Shown here in pieces: positions 53,201 through 59,200 of a stretch of 64,000 bases of DNA. The stretch lies in the NCBI GenBank assembly GCA_965262235.1, contig OZ253504.1, positions 2,731,681-2,795,680 of the forward strand. The letters are read 5' to 3'. Under the pieces are notes generated by a model that worked only from the letters and a program-made list of their open reading frames with translations, made no database searches and was not told the origin of the DNA. Made by a program: the position numbers and the translations under genes. Position 1 is the stretch's first letter. Every line of letters starts with the position of its first letter. This DNA comes from Dehalococcoidia bacterium. GTDB lineage: Bacteria; Chloroflexota; Dehalococcoidia; Bin125.

Positions 53201-56200
53201 CGACATCGACTTCATGGCATTCAGTGCGAGCAGAGAATTCGGAAGCAATTCCTTTACACACGAGGTCATCGATCCCGACGACGGCGTCGAGGACTTCCGC
53301 TATCGGGCGGAACATGTGTGGACCATCAGGACCACGCAAGACGTGGTACCAGAAGGGGACGAGACGTTCACCGTGACAGCCGAGGATGTCAGTCTGCATC
53401 CCAATGTGCGGATTGCGTCGGGATCCCGCCAGGTCACGATTCTCGCCAATGACTCGGCCGACACCACGCTCGCCAGCTTGAGTGTGACGGACGGTTCGGT
53501 TGATATCGGCTACATGTCGCCGGACTTCAACGCCGCGACGACCGAGTACACAGCCGGCGTGGGCTACGACATCATGCAGATCACGATCTTGGCCAGCGCC
53601 GCACATGATGACGCAGTGATCGTCTACCAGAATGCGTCAGACCAGACATTGACCGATGTCGATAGCGAGGCCGACGGGCACCAGGTCAACTTGACGATCG
53701 TTGGCGTGAATGTGATCAAGGTGGTAGTGACCGCGGAGAACGAATCGGACACGGGCACGTACACGCTCAGAGTGACGCGCACGCCCCAGGATGAATCGCT
53801 CACGCCGGCCGCCAGCGACCCGTCAACGTCGTATCCCACCACGGTCGAATACGACATCACCTTCACCGGTCGTTGGAACCAGTTGGTGACTCCGGGCGGT
53901 GTCCCGGGCAGCGCACATTTCTCAACGCTGATCGGCGCTGTGCACAATGATGTGATCAGTTTCCTGCAAAGCGGCATGGCCGCCACCGCGGCGATCGAGA
54001 GCATGGCCGAGGAAGGCACGATAGGAGCGCTCAGAACATTGGTTCAAACCGCGATCGACGCCGACCCGAACACCGCACTGAGCGTCCTCAGCCGACCAGT
54101 CAGCGGACGCGCGACTGGCAGCGCGACGTTCAGCGGCATCGAGCTGACCAGCGAGTTCCCGCGGGTGACGTTGACGACCATGATCGCGCCGTCGCATGAC
54201 TGGTTCACCGGCGTCTCGGGGCTGCTGCTGTTGGACAGCGGCGGTCACTGGCTGCAGTCACATCAGCTCGACCTGTTCCCCTGGGACGCCGGGACCGAGG
54301 AGGGCGGCGACTTCGCGTTGACGCCGGACACTGACACCGACCCACAGGGCGTGATTCACAGCCTGCGCGGAATCGGCAAATTCACCACACATCGGATCGC
54401 ATCGATCCGGTTCGAACTCCAGTCAGTCAAGACGACTCGGGTGCTGAACGAGAACACTGCGGCGAACATGAATATTGGCGCTGCCATCAAGTCGCCGGTG
54501 GTCTTCTCGGCGGAAAGCGGCTCGGTCACGTATGCCATCAGCGGCGCCGACGCGGCATCGTTTGACTTCAACACCAACTCCGGCCAGCTGCGCACGAAGA
54601 CCGACGAGGACTACGACTTCGAGACGAAAGATCGCTACGAGGTGGTCGTCACCGCGACCAAAGGCGACGAGTCGGTGGGGGTCGATGTCACGATTGATAT
54701 CGCAAACCTTGAGGAGCCGGGAACGCTGACGGTGACGCCAACGACAGCCCGGGTCGACGTGTTGCTGACGGCCACGCTCGTCGATGGCGATGAGCCAGAG
54801 AATGTGGCCTGGAAGTGGCAGCTGTCGGCAGACGGAAGCAGCGGTTGGACCGACATCAGTGGCGCGACATCAGCGACCTACACCCCGGTCATGGCTGATG
54901 AAGATGACTACTTGGGTGTCATCGTCACATACGACGACAACATCAGCGATGGCAAGACCATCATAACGACGCTGGGGCCAGTATTCGAGAGCAACCTGGA
55001 GAGCGACGACAACAGCCTGAGCGCTCTGGGACTGAGCGGATTGACCCTGGCGCCGGGCTTCAGCTCGGCTGGCACCACCTACACGGCAGCGGCCGTTTAC
55101 ACGACAAGCATCACGACAATCACCGCGACGCCAACCCACGATCGAGCCACGGTCGAGTTGCTCGACGACGAGGACGAGGCAATCGTTGACGCCGACTCCG
55201 ATGTTGATGGGCTGCAGATGGCGATTGCCATCGGCAGCAACACGATCAAGGCGACGGTCACTGCGCAGAACGGAGCGGTCAACACGTACACGATCACTCT
55301 GACTCGCGCCAAGCCGACTGTGTCGTTGTCAATCAGCGACGATGCAGTGACCGAGAGCAGCACGGATGGCATCGGCTTCACCATCTCCCGCAGTGACAGC
55401 GCGGCGGATGCGTTGGCCGTCAACTTGTCGGTCAGCGAGTCGGGCGCGATGCTCGGCAGTATGCAACTAGGCGCCCGGACCGTCACCGTTCCGGGCGGTT
55501 CAGCCACGGTAATGGGAACCATCGTAGTCGCGGGCGACGACGCATGGGAGGCGCACTCGACCGTCACTGTGACGATTGAGAGCAAAAACAGCTACGAGAT
55601 TAAATCCGACGCCAAGATCGGAACCAAGGTAGTCGCAGACGATGACTTCCCCGCGGCCACGGTGGCGATGGAAGTGACAACACCCGTCGATGAAGGCGCA
55701 GCGGTCACGGCGATGGTCACGCTGACCACCGACGCCGATCAGGAGCCGCATCGCGCTTCCGGCGACATCCTGGTCAGCACACAAACGGGGACCGCCGGCT
55801 CAAGCGATTTCACCGCCCTCACGGCGGACACGGGCAAGGTGGAGTTCAGCGTTGCCGACAACAGTCTGGAGCGCGTCGACCTCGACACCAACGATCTCGA
55901 CGAGATCTACGACTGGCGCTGGCAAGGTGAGCGGGAGGTCAGCATCCAGACCACCGTGGACACCGTGAACGAGCCGGCGGAGACATTCCAGGTCGCGATG
56001 GCGAAAGTGACCACGGGCATGTCGCCCACGGCGCGGAACATCCAAGTGGATAGTGATACCACGCCGCTTACCGTCACGATCAACGAAAGTAATCGCTCCA
56101 CCGAGGCCTCACTCAGTGCCTTGGGCATCAGCCCCGGAACTCTGTCACCCGGGTTTGTATCGTCGACCAAATCCTACAGTGCAGATGTAACCCTCACCGA

Positions 56201-59200
56201 TCTAGAGATCACGGTGTCCCCAACGCTGGCCGATACTAACGCGAGCCTGGAATACCTTGACGAAAACGGCGACCAACTGGACGACTCAAAGGGCGGCATG
56301 GGCGGATTCCAGATCGCACTCGCCCTCGGTGACAATGTCTTCCAAATCAAAGTGACCGCGCAAGACGGGATGGCGACCGACACATATAGCGTCACCGTGA
56401 CCCGTGCCTACCCTGAACTGACGGTCAGCGTCGACAGCGAGAGCGTCCCGGAAGGCGATAGTGCGATGGTCACTATTACGCGCAACGGTCCTGTACCAGA
56501 GACGACGGCGTTCCGGCTCGAGGTGAGTCAGAATGGGTCGGTCCTCGACGACGGTAGCGTGGGCACGCAGATGCTGGAAATTGCCGCAGGCCAGGAGCTA
56601 CTTGCCGTCACCATTCCCACCGTCAACGACGAAGTCTGGGAAGAACACGGCGAAGAACACAGCGCAGTGCTGGTCACTGTCACAGTCGACGCGCCGACGA
56701 CCATCTCGGGCCCCGCGAGCCTAGCAATCGAGGTGCGTGACGACGACTTCCCGCAGGCCACCGCCGCACTCTCCGTCTCGCCCAACCCGGTCTCCGAGGA
56801 TGAGAGCGTGGAGGCGACAGTCACCATCACCACCGCCGGTGACGAGCAGCCGCACGAGGGTAGCGGCACGATCCTGCTCTCGACGGCCGTTGGGACGGCG
56901 ATGGCGGCTGACTTTACGGCGCTCAATGCCACGACTGGCGCTCTCAGCGTGGCGGTGGAAGATTTCGACGGAAATCGTATCGACCTCGACGATAATCCGA
57001 ATGACAACGTCCACGATTGGCGTTGGCGTGCCACCAGCGAACCCATCACGATTGCAATCACGGACGATACCGACAAGGAGAGCGATGAGACGTTTACGGT
57101 CTCGATGGCCAAGGTGACCGACGGCGACTCGCCGACGGACACGGCGATCACGCTCGCCTCGCCCGCATCAGTTGACGTGACTATCAGTCAAAGTGACAGA
57201 TCAAGCGTCGCCTCACTCGCCACGACCGACGGATTGACTCTCAGCGCTGGCAGCCTCAGCCCCACCTACAGCACTGGCACTCTGAGCTACACCGCCGAAG
57301 TGCCCTTCGGAGCCGAGCAGGTCACCATTACCGCCGTGCGCAACAATGAGTTTGCGACGATTAAGTTCCTTGACTCAGACGATATGGAACTCGCGGACGT
57401 GGGCATAGGCACCGCCGAACGTCAGGTGAATCTGGGAGTCGATGAGGCCAAGCTGATCAAGATCGAGGTGACCGCAGAGGACGAGATCACCAAGCGGATC
57501 TATCAGGTCGAGATCACGAGGCAACAGCCGATCCTCAGCATCAGCGTGGCGGATGGCGACGTGAGCGAAGGCGGGGATGTCGTCTTCACGGTCACTCGAA
57601 ATGCCGCCGCTGCTGAGACGACCGCATTCAGCTTCGTAGTCAGCCAGGCGGACGACGCGGGCGACGTGGTCGATGCCTCGCAACTCAGGATGGTCGAAGA
57701 TGTCATCCAGGCCGATGCGGACACATTCGAGCTGACCGTGCCAACAGTGGACGACGACACATGGGAAAAGAACGGAGTGGTTCACGCTGAGCTGGCACCG
57801 TCCACGAACTACACCACACAAGGCGCTCTCGAGGTGACGAAGGAGGTCGTGGATGATGACTTCCCCAGTGCAGTCGCAGTGATTACGGCGTCGCCGAATC
57901 CCGTCGATGAGGGTAGAGGTGTTGTGGTCACGGTCACGGTCACCACTGCTCGCGAAGAAGAGCCGCACGAGGATGCCGGCAGCATCCAACTCACCACAGC
58001 GGACGGTCCCGCGCAACCGCCTGGCAATGCGACTGCGACTGCCGGGCAGGACTACGTCGCCCTGGCGGGCGCCGACGGCCTGTTGACATTCGAACGGGGC
58101 GACTTTGAACCGGACGATATCCCCGGGGTCGGGATGTTCTATCAGGCCAGTAAGCAAGTGACCATCGATACGATGAATGACGACGAAAGCGAGCGCGAAG
58201 AGACCTTCTCGGTCATTATGGCCCGTGTCACGATTGGCGACTCGCAGACGGATAGTTCGATCACGCTGGGCTCTGGCACGCCTGCGAGTCTTCGCGAGAT
58301 TGTCCAGTTCATCGCCAGTGACCTGGACGAGAATCCGGCGCTCAGTCGCGTGGAGTTGAGCGCCGGGACGATTAGCCCAGACTTCGTCAGCACGACACTG
58401 GTCTACACAGTCAGTGTCGACTTCGGCAATCCTCAAGTCACATTGACGCCCGTGCCCGGCAGCACCGGCACTACCTTCGAGTATCTAGACGCGGACGACA
58501 TGACGCTCGATGATGGGAACGACGGGACCGACAGCATCGAGGTCGCTTTGCCTGTTGATGCCCCAGTAGTGGTGAAGATCAAGACGACATCCGAAGACGG
58601 CATGCACCACGAGACCTATACGTTGACGCTAACCAGGCAGTTCCCGGTCGCCGGCATCACCGCGGCCGACGCCGAGGTGACTGAGGGCCAGCCGGTGAGC
58701 TTCACGGTGACGCTGAACGGTCATGTCGAGGACGCTGCCGGACAAGCTGTCGTCGTGAATATTAGTCAAGGTTCAGGGGAAGATGTCCTGACCGGTTCGA
58801 CACGAACCGTGACGGTCAGAGTGGCTGAGGGTGACACGACGGTCGACTTCACAGTCGATACGGCTGACGATCACTTGTGGGAAGAGCATCCGACCGTCAC
58901 CGCGACGCTGGCCGCCCGCGCCGGCTATTCAGTTGACAGCGCCGCGGGCGCGGCGTCGAAGCAGGTATTGGACAACGACTTCCCCGAGGCGCAAGCCGAA
59001 CTCACAGTGACGCCCAATCAGGCCGACGAAGCGGCCGCGGTCACGGCCAAGGTCACGATCACCACGTCGCGCGATGAGGCGCCTCGAGAGATTGGTGGAC
59101 AGATCCTGGTCAGCACAGGTCACGCCGACGACACCGCAATGGCCCCTGATGACTACACCGCGCTGACGGCAACGACCGGCCTGCTTACATTTGGCGAAGT

